Source of the DNA: Parasitella parasitica NRRL 2501
Taxonomy: Eukaryota; Fungi; Mucoromycota
Direction of reading: 5' to 3'
DNA: 64,000 nucleotides
Assembly (NCBI GenBank): GCA_025201805.1
Contig: MU619240.1
Location: 56,723-120,722 of the forward strand
Notes under the pieces: generated by a model
Seen by the model: only the letters and a program-made list of their open reading frames with translations
The model's database searches: none
What the model was told of the DNA's origin: nothing
Shown: positions 40,722-51,399 of the stretch, piece by piece
How the letters are laid out: each line of letters begins with the position of its first letter
Numbering within the stretch: position 1 is the stretch's first letter
Program-made: the position numbers and the translations under genes

Positions 40722-41734
40722 ATTATTATATCCCTCCACCTCTTGCTCGTAAATAAAAAGTTACTCATTCAAGCAACATGTATGTCAGATTCACTATTTT
40801 TTACATGTTCAATCTGTTGAAGATGGCTTGCATTACATCTATGTGAGTTTGAGCAGCTGCGTTTGACATGAATCAACGTAACATTTCAAAAATTCGGCCC
40901 ATTTGGACCGATTACGTTTTGGAAGACGCATGCCTGGGCAACTTAATTTTTCTTCATTTTGGATAGAACCAAAATAAACATTAAGCCTAGAACCTCTTCT
41001 ATCGATACATACTTTTATTTAAAGAGTATATATTTCGAAAAAGATCACTCGGCAAAAATGGGCCAACTAGGGGTAATTCCAATCTGTCAATTAACACCTT
41101 TGAATAAAGAAATCTTGTCAAAAGCTATATCTGCAGACTGTTTACCATTCGAAAGGATCTTTTTGCCGCTTCTATTGTTATTGCTGCTGTTTACAGTGGC
41201 TCCAAATAGGTGTAAACATAGATGATTAGATATAAAGCTGACAAAAGTACCGTATTACTAGGAACTTGATGTATTCAACCCTTAAAAGAGTACACATGTA
41301 AACAACGGAAGTAAATTGAAGATTCATTGTATGCGATAGAGCTTGTCTCGTTTTTTGCCATAAGCTAATTCATAAATAAACCGAATCCTGAGTTCTCTTT
41401 CTTTCGCTCAAGCTTTGAAGTGTACTTTATATTGGAATAAATGTTTAGAGCAGTAATTCAGAGCCAAGTAGAGTCTATGTCAAAATACGAATTGTTATCT
41501 TGGTATGCAGCTATCAAATTTGTGTGTCTGTCAAAATAACAGAAGCAATTGAATATTCCATATTAAATAATTACATACACAGGAGTTAACACTTTCTAAC
41601 ACTTTTTCATCCATAATAACTGTTTAAGCATACTCTTAATAATTGATTACACAGTTAAATTATAATGATCAACACTATTCAATTCACAATTCTGATTAAT
41701 AGACTTAAAAATAGCAATAGTACCCTCGAGAAAC

Positions 41735-42050
41735 AATGAGTAAAAAACTACATAAAGGATACTATTCATTGCAATTAAAGAGGCACATGCTGCTGTCAAA
41801 CTTGGTGATGAAGATCTAATGCTCCCGAAAAGGTTACTGAATCCAGCTTATATCAAAAGGAGCTTTTGAATTAATTTTGATGTGGTTGATGTGATTGATG
41901 TGATTGATTACATCGAACAGGAGCATCCAGAAGGCTACAATAATGTAATCGTTTCCAAGTTCCAACAAACTATTATAAGTCTCAGCTCAGCTCTCAAGTG
42001 TAATAAAATCGTCTAACTGAAGCGCAAATTGAAACGTTTTAGTATAAAGA
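41735..42050 (+). pseudogene. Short decayed ORF relic, family unknown
   Basis: Protein-like fragments (IKEAHAAVKLGDEDLML; DYIEQEHPEGYNNVIVSKFQQTIISLSSALKC) separated by frameshifts. Confidence 0.3.
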
Positions 42051-42730
42051 TGGTTGTTGTTAGACATCGAGTGAACTTGTTCAGCCTTAATAATAGTGTA
42101 TTTTCTCCGTAAGTAATAAATTGCAATCATCATCACGCGTGTTTTTACAGACTTGCTAAACAAACAAACTTCTTTTCACCTCCTTTCTACGAAAAAAATA
42201 AAATAAAAAAAAAGGTACATGTACATGTGAAGAATCAAAAGACGAGGACAGGATCTTTAATCTGCCTGGCGATGAAGTGTGAGGACCATGCTTTCGAGTA
42301 TAATCACGCTTGTTGTGGACCACTATCTCAAACATTTTCTTTTAAATGTTGTGGCCATTACAGTGCACCTATTCCTGAATTGTGGCGATGCATGTAATAA
42401 TGTACATGTGCAAAACGAATTTCTTTCCCACTTGTACCAATAACAACACAATGATCTCCCTTAATATAGATTTTTTGTAGAAATAAAAACAATCGCCTAA
42501 AGGTCAATGCAAGGATTTCTATTTTGGGCCACTTTATTTTTAACCCAAACATAATAGTAATCCACAGGTCTTTAACATGCAGCCCGGAGATTTACAAAAG
42601 TCAAAACGATACTATGTGAGTTTCAAAAATTCGTTGAAACCGAAAATAACCTTGACTAAAGTCCAGTTTTTCTTTTCTCTCTTTTTTCCTTTCTTTACTT
42701 TACATATTTTACAAGTAAAAAAAGTTAAAG

Positions 42731-43365
42731 ATGGTAATATATTGCGACTTCGTCGTCTAGTCTTGAATTATATTAACAAACTGTAAATAAAAAAATAAAA
42801 AAATTAGGCTGATCAACTTGCACCAGAAGAGATTGCCGAATACAAAGAAGCATTTCAATTATTCGATACTGACGGCGATGGCAGCATTACTGCTGTTGAA
42901 TTAGGCACTGTCCTCCGTAAATTTGGTATGAACCCTAGTGAAGCTGAGTTACAAGATATGGTAAGTGTCTCCTCTTTCTGATTTGAGAGGGTTGTGGCAT
43001 TGAATCGCTCGCATGCATAGGTCAACGATGTCGACGCTGACGGTAACGGAAACATTGACTTTAATGAGTTTTTGGGTTTGGTTAAAAATATGAAAACTGG
43101 TAACGAGGGTGACGATCTCAAAGAGGCTTTCAAGTAAGTGTATAGTAGCTAAAAATACCTGCAAGAGTGGAACATTTACTCCATTGTCAGGGTATTCGAT
43201 GTTGATGGCAATGGTTTAATTGATCGTGAAGAACTCCGTAAAGTCATGGCCTCATTGAATGAGTCTTTGTCTGAAGAAGAACTGGATGCTATGATAAAGG
43301 AGGCCGATATCAATGGCGATGGCCAAATTAGTTTCGAGGAATTCAAAACCATGATGGGCGCATAA
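42731..43365 (+). CDS. Calmodulin-like protein, 4 EF-hands; exons 42731-42733, 42808-42960, 43021-43133, 43191-43365 (missed by ORF track)
   Basis: [73 protein letters not shown]. Confidence 0.93.
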
Positions 43366-44480
43366 CATGTTGCCTTTTATAATATTTTTTTCTTTTTATT
43401 CTCGCTCTTGTAATAATAATTTATATATATTTCATCTAAAAGAAGCTTTTTTTTTTGGGTAATCGCACGCGATTGAATAGTAAATTGTCATCCTGTGCTG
43501 CTACAGAGACAAACTTGCAGAATTTTTATTGATGGACGATGAAAAAGCTTCATGTATCTTGATTTAATTTATCTTCCGTGATCTATCGTTGGTTTGAGTA
43601 TCTCAGCCTCATGAAAAATCCTCGTACCACTTGAGACTTTGAAAGTGCAACTGTTTTTCGATGCAGGGACACTTTTAAATCTTTGATTAATAATCGTTGC
43701 GGTTACGAAACTGTAGCTGATATCAAGAGAAAGTCTTTAGTGCTAGTTGATAAAATAAGTGTTGGTTATATTCGGATCTTCAATAGGCACGCACAACCCT
43801 ATAAAGACCTTGTCTTACATCGAAACCCCTATTGACGTTTTTGCCAAATTAATGAAGAACCGCGCATTTGCTCTGAGGGTACAAGAAATCTATATCTAGT
43901 TTGCCCAATATCTTTGTTGATTTATATACATTCAACCGCACGGACTTGGCTCTCTCTAAGCAGCCAATGATACTTTATTGCTTTTTTCGACAAGACAATG
44001 GCACAGTTTATCAAACCAGGCCGTTGAAAAGATATTGTTGATCCTCAGCACGATAAAATTTACTTCATGCATGCTAGCTAGATATTTCATGGTAACTCGT
44101 TATTAAGAAATATGGGGTGTGGTCTGCATGTTGAATAGATATCTACTAATTTCGTTTATTGTCATTTGAATGCATATTGTTACTTTCTATCGTTACTATA
44201 TAATCCCACACAAGATGTGTATTTTATTATCAAGTTACATTTCATCGACTTTACGCCTTTTGAACAGTATGTTTTTATAAATCACCTTTTGGAGTCTCTC
44301 TAGACAATTTTGAACAAAATAAGCTCGTATGTATTAGATTAAGCTATTCAATTGTCAATTGCGTATTCCACAGTTTAATAGGCCAAGATGTGAACCCAAT
44401 GAACTTTTGTCTAAAACACACAAACTAATATGCAAGAATGTCATCTCTTTTATTTATTTAATTTAATTGTTATCTTTTAT

Positions 44481-45636
44481 TTAAACAGAAGCTTGGATAG
44501 CGGGTTCAACGAAATCCTTGGAGGCTTTAGCACCAGTGTCATCACCAGCAGCAGCAGCACCACCGTGGAGGGCCAAAAGAGCAGAGACATCAAACTTGGG
44601 AGCCTTAAGGATCTTTACCTTACGAGTGTAGGTGTTTTGAAGAGGGTAAATACCTTGGCAGGCCTTCTCAATACGGACAGCAATAGCATCTTGAGCAGAA
44701 GGAGAAGCGCTGGAGGTAACCTTGGCAACGAGTTCCTTGAGATCACAAGTGACAGCTTCCTCAGTCATGATCTCAAACATCTTCTTACGAATTTGACGGA
44801 TTTGAGCAGATTGGGCGTAAGTAGTCTTTTTGATTTGGTTACGACGGCGAGAAGTGAAGGAGACAGCAAAGATACGAACAAGGTAACCGTCGGTAGTCTT
44901 GATATCGACAAAAGCCTCGATCAAAGATTGCCATTTCTTGACCATGGAACGAAGCTTGTCGGTGGTCATATCCATACGGTAGAAGTTGGTAAGACAGTTC
45001 TTACCTTGGATTTCGTCAACCTTCAATTGGATCTTACGGAAAGAGCGAGACTCATCCTTGGAAAGATCACCAAGAGACATCTCAACAACACGACCATTGA
45101 GAGAGTCGTTGGCGTTGCGGAGACCTTGAGTACGGTTGACAAGAGTCTTACCGACTTGACGGACGTCAAACATGGAAGGAGCCTTGATATCATACCAATC
45201 CTTACGGGTGAATGGGTCGACGCTAAATTAGAGAATGCGTGTTAAATTATCTTGAATTCAAAGAACTAGCATTTGAAAGTATAACAGGGAGAGATGATAT
45301 AAAAAGGTTGATGCCATGTTGAGTCGTTGCTGCAATATGTTGTTCATGATATTGCATTCAAATTGTCTGTCTATGTGTGTAAAACTTTCTCAAACGTTTA
45401 AGCGAGTTTCGCCAAGCCTGAAATGTGTCTGTTTTCTATCTTCATCTCGTCTGCCCATTATACTTGCATCTCGCAGGATGGTTCAAACGCTACTTACATC
45501 TTTTTCTTCAAACCCTTCTTTCCTTTACTAAGGCGCTTGTTCTTGCCAACAGCTACATTACAAATAAACATGAATAAGCATGGCTGGATTGATGCTACAA
45601 ATTCTCATGATAGATGGATGGCTGATACATACCCAT
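44481..45636 (-). CDS. RPS1: 40S ribosomal protein S1/S3a (eS1), 3 exons
   Basis: Spliced [37 protein letters not shown]; biased codons. Confidence 0.97.
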
Positions 45637-45984
45637 ATTGTCGATTAAAAAGAGGGATCTCTCAGTTCAGCAGCCTGTCATCCTATTTCCTTCAATGTTT
45701 AACGCTGTTCGAAAAAAATGATGGATAGGCTCTTGTCGAGTCACGACCGGAAGGCTTGCCCTTAATGTATGATGGCAATGCATGCCGAGAAGCTCAACAT
45801 GTAGCGAGCATCGAATTCAAGGAAGGCGTGTCCGGTCCGCAAAGGCAATAGATCAACTTGTCAAAAAGAGCCTTACACAGTTGAAAGCGTGTGGGCGGAG
45901 GGGTAAAACAACAATTTTTTATGAGTAGGGTAAATGTGGCAAAGCAGTTAGAATCCCTCTCTTTGTAGATTATCATCATTTAAT
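45637..45984. promoter_or_regulatory. Shared bidirectional promoter region of RPS1 and RPS30
   Basis: 348 bp between divergent ATGs. Confidence 0.7.
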
Positions 45985-46330
45985 ATGGTAAATATCAACA
46001 GATAGCTATCCATCCATCCATCCATTCATCTATCCAGCAACAGCGCTAACAAAAATTATGGAAACTGTAGGGTAAAGTTCACGGTTCTCTTGCTCGTGCC
46101 GGTAAGGTTAAGTCTCAATGTCCCAAGGTCGCTAAGCAGGAAAAGAAAAAGCCCAAGACTGGTCGCGCCAAGAAGAGACAAGTCTATAAGTAAGTTGTTT
46201 TATTCAACATGTATATCTTGATATTAAACATGGACCTTTTCTCTCTCTCTATAGCCGTCGTTTCGTCAATGTCACCACTCAAATTGGTGGTAAGCGTAGA
46301 ATGAACCCTGCTCCTACTGCTGGTCCTTAA
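45985..46330 (+). CDS. RPS30: 40S ribosomal protein S30 (eS30); exons 45985-45987, 46071-46189, 46255-46330 (missed by ORF track)
   Basis: [57 protein letters not shown]. Confidence 0.96.
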
Positions 46331-46807
46331 GTTAATTCAGCTTGAAATCAAAAAAAAAACCCCCCATTCAACACGTATAAAATAAATATTATTTTCGACA
46401 TGATGGAGATTTATTAGCATGAAAAAAAAAATGGGATAAAGCATGTTCGACACATCTGCGATGTTTTCCTTCAAAAAGAAAAGCGCATGGATAATTTTGG
46501 ATGAGAATGTTCGGCTAGCAGCTCGCAGTGTAAATGCGTATTATGTTTTCACAGTTTCTATGCTTTCGTGACAATGACATGTGTATTTGGCATGGCCGGT
46601 TACCCATGCGGTTGTTTGATCTGGCCATGATGGTTATTTTTGGCTAAAACGCGTTTGCATTTGACAAATATTTGGTACAACCATCATGCCAATATAATCT
46701 ATTTATTTGCAATGGTGATTAAAATTCATTTTAGTACAGAATGGGCCACTAGTTCTGTATCGCTGCCAACGAACACTTTTATCGATTGATGATCGTATGG
46801 CTATTTA

Positions 46808-46960
46808 GAGCATCTCCAACGGAGGTGCTAATTTTATAAGAAAATTGGTGAGAGGATGATACTTTCTTTTTTTTTTTGGACAATTTTACTCACCTGTAAT
46901 GGTGTATAGGATAAACCGAATACCCATGGCGTATCAAAGAGTAATATCACACACAATGCT
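46808..46960 (-). ncRNA. Candidate Fanzor omega-RNA scaffold region
   Basis: Position between Fanzor stop and downstream TIR; visible stems UUACUC/GAGUAA, GGGUA/UAUCC, ACC/GGU and the TIR hairpin. Confidence 0.4.
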
Positions 46961-48240
46961 TGCAATTATTCTTTTGATTCAGAACGCTGGAATGGTGAAA
47001 GACGTTTCTTGCTGCGTGTAAAAATATGTTGAGGATGTTTTTTGCAGCCATTATATTGCAATTCCAAATAATATTACAAGCGGTTTCTTGACACTGTAAT
47101 ACAGAATGTACTCTTCGCTTTGCTGGTCGTTGCACAACGTTTTCAACATTTCTTTTTTTGCAGTTGTTGCAGACTTGACTGGTGAGGTATTCGTCTACCA
47201 TTTGGACTGTAACACCACGATTTTCTTTACATTTTTGAAGAGCTTTTATGATAGTCTTTGTAGGTCCAGATCTTTTGCCTCTCATGGTAGGTGAAAATCT
47301 TCCATCTCCATAGGCAACGATGGTTTTATTTGCCTTAACTGATCCATCAAGTGGTGGAGGGCGGGAGTAAGAATTGTTGTTTCCCGTTGTTGTCACCCGT
47401 ACGATATTTGATCCTATCATTAGTAAACATCTTGACTATTTCGCTGAAGGCTTTTTGCTTCTTTCTATAACATCTAAACTTTAAAATTTGCTCGTCAATC
47501 TCGCACGCATTTTTGAACTCTTCAAAATATTGACGGATGAACTCAGGAGCCCTACTCCCATTACCTGCTAAGGTAAAAAATATAGCATAAACAAAATCTT
47601 GATTAATGATTGGCGTATCTTCATTGGCGTCTGCACATTTCAGAATGATAAAGTTTGCAAATAATGAGCCTATATAGGTAATTTTGGTAGCGCACTCCAC
47701 CAAGTTGTCAATTGATTTCATGAATGTTGTATTTGTGCATGTGGTTTTAAGTGAAGACTTGATGGTGAAAGCTTCTATCTTTTCGTCATCATTGTGTTGA
47801 ACCACCTTCTTTTCTTTTCGATGTGGACAGAGTTTACTGGTAGACCTTGCATGATCTGTCTGTTTACATGAAGGACACAGCATTGGTTTGTTGGATTTGT
47901 TTTGTTTCTTGAACTCCTCTAAAGCAACTTTTTTGTCTTCTTTCTGTTGGACTTTCTTAGATAAAGTAAGAGTTTTGCTGGAAGAAGAATCTATATCATT
48001 AAATGAGCTAGCAGTCTTTTCTGTTGAGCTTGAAGCCTTTGCTGTTGAGCTCGAAGCTTGCTGTTGAACTCGAAGCATCGTTGGTGTTGTCAAATCAGCC
48101 TCCTCTTTTTGGTGATTCAAATCTGCACCTAAAACATAGTAAGACATATATTGTTTTCACAATGTATGTCTTAGATATTTACTTCTTATAGCTCTCCATC
48201 CTTTCCTATCTGAAGGATCGTCTTTATGTTTACGCTTCAT
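46947..48240 (-). pseudogene. Fanzor1 (TnpB-like RuvC nuclease), internally deleted and frameshifted
   Basis: LKFRCYRKKQKA, IVAYGDGRF..GPTK, VDEYLTSQVCNNC, VHSVLQCQETAC, WNCNIMAAKNI (consensus WNRD..AAxN); N-terminal part with CCHC knuckle and FTIKSSL; no RuvC-I (DPG) motif. Confidence 0.85.
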
Positions 48241-48879
48241 ATATGTGTGAGGAGTAAATTCAGTAAAGAAAAAGAAGGGATGAACTTACAACATTCAGTG
48301 ATGTATCATGTTGAATTTGAAAAATTAGGCTCAATACAAAATCTCAAAGTGCATTACGATCAACACAGTGGATATTCGAAAAAAAAAGGGTATAGTTTAT
48401 AAAGTTTAACTATCTATACAAAATTTATTAACATTTTCTAAAATGGCCAGTATTTCTGTCCTGAATGCTCATAATGTTAGAAGTGTGAGGTATAAAGTAT
48501 GAGATATATAAATGTGGGTTGAATAAAAGTAGTGAGCACCAGCTCCTGTTTTGAAAGTAGAACGGCTTTGCATAAAGAAGAAAAGATAAGAGTAAAATAG
48601 TAAAAGAGAATACAATGGATTCAAGAGCCAAGGGAGTAATTCAAAGAGCTTCAGAGACAAAAAAAGCAAAGCAACAGTAAGCAAGCAGAGACAATTACCA
48701 AAAAGCAGACAAAACATTTTCCGGGTTGCTTTAAATGGCTTCTTGTTTAGCATCTCTATTGGAGATGCTCTAATTTATTAATTAAACGCTTATGTCGTAA
48801 GATGAAGTTTTATTTATAACTCGACAAAACTACTAATTATACATAGTGGAGCTAAGGAAATAAAAGACAATGATCTATT

Positions 48880-50770
48880 CTAAACGACAGGTGCAAATTT
48901 TTTACGATTTTCATTATCTACTTTAGACCTTTTGAGATCGCCTTTAATCCATAAACACGGCAGATTTCCGACAAACATGATTCCGGCCACTACAATCATA
49001 GAGGTATTCATATTATTTGGTGGTGAGGCATTTGGACCAGCACGCAGTGCATCGATAATAAGCGAAAAGACTACCATAGTTAAGGAACAGAGAGTCCATA
49101 ACACACATGAACTGATGGATTCTGACACGGGGTAGGTAACTACACATGATTAGTTGATTAAATAAGCTTAGAATGTTATTAATGCCATATCTGTACACAT
49201 ACTTTCACTGGCAACTTCTAAATACACAGGGAACAATGCATAAGAGCAGAAGCCATTAATGATACACGCTATGACAACTACCGAGAATGCGTCAGGTATC
49301 ACTATAAACGGGTTAATTATAAGACCGTACATTTGTCTCCCTGCAAGACATTTAGACTTACATAAGAATATAAAGGCTGCATACGAAAAGACGACCATAG
49401 GGGTAAACATTTTGATGAGCATGAAGTGCTGGCTCGACTTTCCGAGCCAATATCCTGTCATCCCTATCAAGTATAATTAAATTTACAGGAATTCCGCTCC
49501 AGGCAATGCACATACCTCCTCCAAAGCAACCACTAAAGACAATCAGAGCTGCACATATGCCGGCCTGTTGCTCGGTGTATCCAAACGGTGAAATAGCCTC
49601 CATGATCAATACAGAAACAGAAAAAACCATGCCCATAGAAACAGATGTAATAATCGCAATCCACCAGAATTGCATATTGGTCACAACTTGCTTGACACCT
49701 TGCCAAAATGGAGTTCGCTCTAAGGTAGCAGTGGCAGAAGGTGGTACTTTTGGTTTATTGGGAATAAAGAAGGTTGGTATTGTGAAAACAGTAGATATGC
49801 TTGCCACGATGATGAGCTAATATGATGAGTTGAATTTAATATCGTTATGTATGAACATTTGTTGTTTAATTTTACCATTCTAGGGATATCTTGAATGGAT
49901 GGTGCTAGCATTGGTATCAATAAGGGAGCCAGGGACATTCCCAATTGAACAGCTTGTAGGAAATACGTCAGTCTACTGTTGCATACAATCCTAAAACAGC
50001 TTACATAGCACGGTGTTTGCGATACCACGATCTTTGGGCGCAAACCAGACTGCAACAAACTAAAATAAATGTGTTATAAACTGATAAATCTATGCTGGTG
50101 GTTCTAAGGTGTGAATACCTTTGCCGCTAAACTATAAATTAATCAATATTGATTCTGTTTCAGTGGATGTCTTGTCTTTGACTTACTTGTAGATCAGTGG
50201 ACCACCTATGCTAGCAATAAACTGCCCTGCCATTACAACTGGATATCTCTTTTCAATGGGGAGAATGATGGCGATACATCTAATCCAGCAGCCAACAGTA
50301 TTGATCACAGCACAAAGCACAATCTAAGGATTACATCAGTATATACATGAACACTTTGGGGATGTCGTATTTACGGATGCTTTAATGCCAATTTTTTCGT
50401 ATGCCCAAGCAGTCAATAATGAAAAAACTGTATTGCAAATAGCAGAAGCATTCGAAAGCCAATTGATTTGACTGAGAGATACATTCATCCATTGCGACAT
50501 GACATTAGGAGCACTTGCGCCAGTAGTCCACATAAAAGCACAACTTGTGCTCACTCCCATGCAGACTAACGTCTCTATCCATGCGACAGCACTTGTTTTT
50601 TCCTCAATGACCGTTATACCTTCTTTTTCTTGAAATTCTACAGCAACATTGGTCGCGGAAGATGAGGTAGATAGAAATGTTGATAGGCTTGTATCATTTT
50701 TAATAAGTCTTTTGTCTTGATCTATCGTATAGTCCTCTATATGCTCAAAATTAGATTTGTCTTGTTCCAT
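48880..50770 (-). CDS. MFS transporter (FLVCR/SLC49-like), many exons including a 13-nt microexon
   Basis: INWLS, AGCWIRCI, AGQFIASIGGP, VWFAPKDRGIANT, PKVPPSATA, YPVSESISS; about 12 hydrophobic segments. Confidence 0.85.
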
Positions 50771-51399
50771 AATTATCGTAGAAAGAGAAATAAAAAGCAA
50801 ATATGATATGTAATCACTGCAAGGCTTTCTTTTAAACAATACAGATGGCATGACACTATATACCTCGACTCCTTTCTTGTATATCCCGGTTAAAATGCTA
50901 TAATGCATGAACTATTCAGTTTTTAACTATTGCCCTTTAATAAAACAATAATAACGACAAACCACCACACCCCGTTTTGAGATAATGCCATTTACATTAC
51001 CATAAGGTAGCTGACCGATTAGTACAAGACTAAAACAAATAGACATCCCGAGAGAAAGGCGGGGTAACTGAAATTTCGGAGAGATGCTGCAGTAACACCA
51101 GAAAGGTGTAATGTGCAATGTTGCAGCGAACAAGTGCTTTTTTTTTTTTCGAAGTGCTACACCAATGATAAGTATGTGTAACTTTTGCACCTCATGGCTG
51201 CCATGGGCTTTCTAATACACATTTAGTAAGATGTCAAAAAAGAGAGAGACCTAGACAACAAATTTAATTGATGGTTTTATTTCGAAATCGACTTGAGGTA
51301 TATATCAAACAAGTAAAAACAAAAACAAGATATACGTAGTTTGATATAATTCCTAGCAAAAGGCCATCTCTTTTTTATTTCCCCTATTCTCAAGCTATT

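Larger units (their letters stand above)
46808..48770 (-). mobile_element. Non-autonomous TIR DNA transposon carrying a Fanzor1 gene
   Basis: Left TIR GAGCATCTCCAACGGAGGTGCTAA (46808-46831) and right TIR TTAGCATCTCTATTGGAGATGCTC (48747-48770), 21/24 match; TA on both outer flanks; no transposase ORF seen. Confidence 0.88.

Noticed and set aside
42855-43164. Minus-strand ORFs of 92 and 71 aa
   Set aside because: Antisense to the spliced calmodulin-like gene
43500-44120. Possible decayed F-box-family relic between calmodulin and RPS1
   Set aside because: Only brief protein-like fragments; not supportable without a homology search
44430-45245. 271-aa + strand ORF (also 23114-23710 and 7343-8149 on the opposite strands of their genes)
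   Set aside because: Antisense shadows of RPS1, RPL5 and SLH1 caused by codon bias
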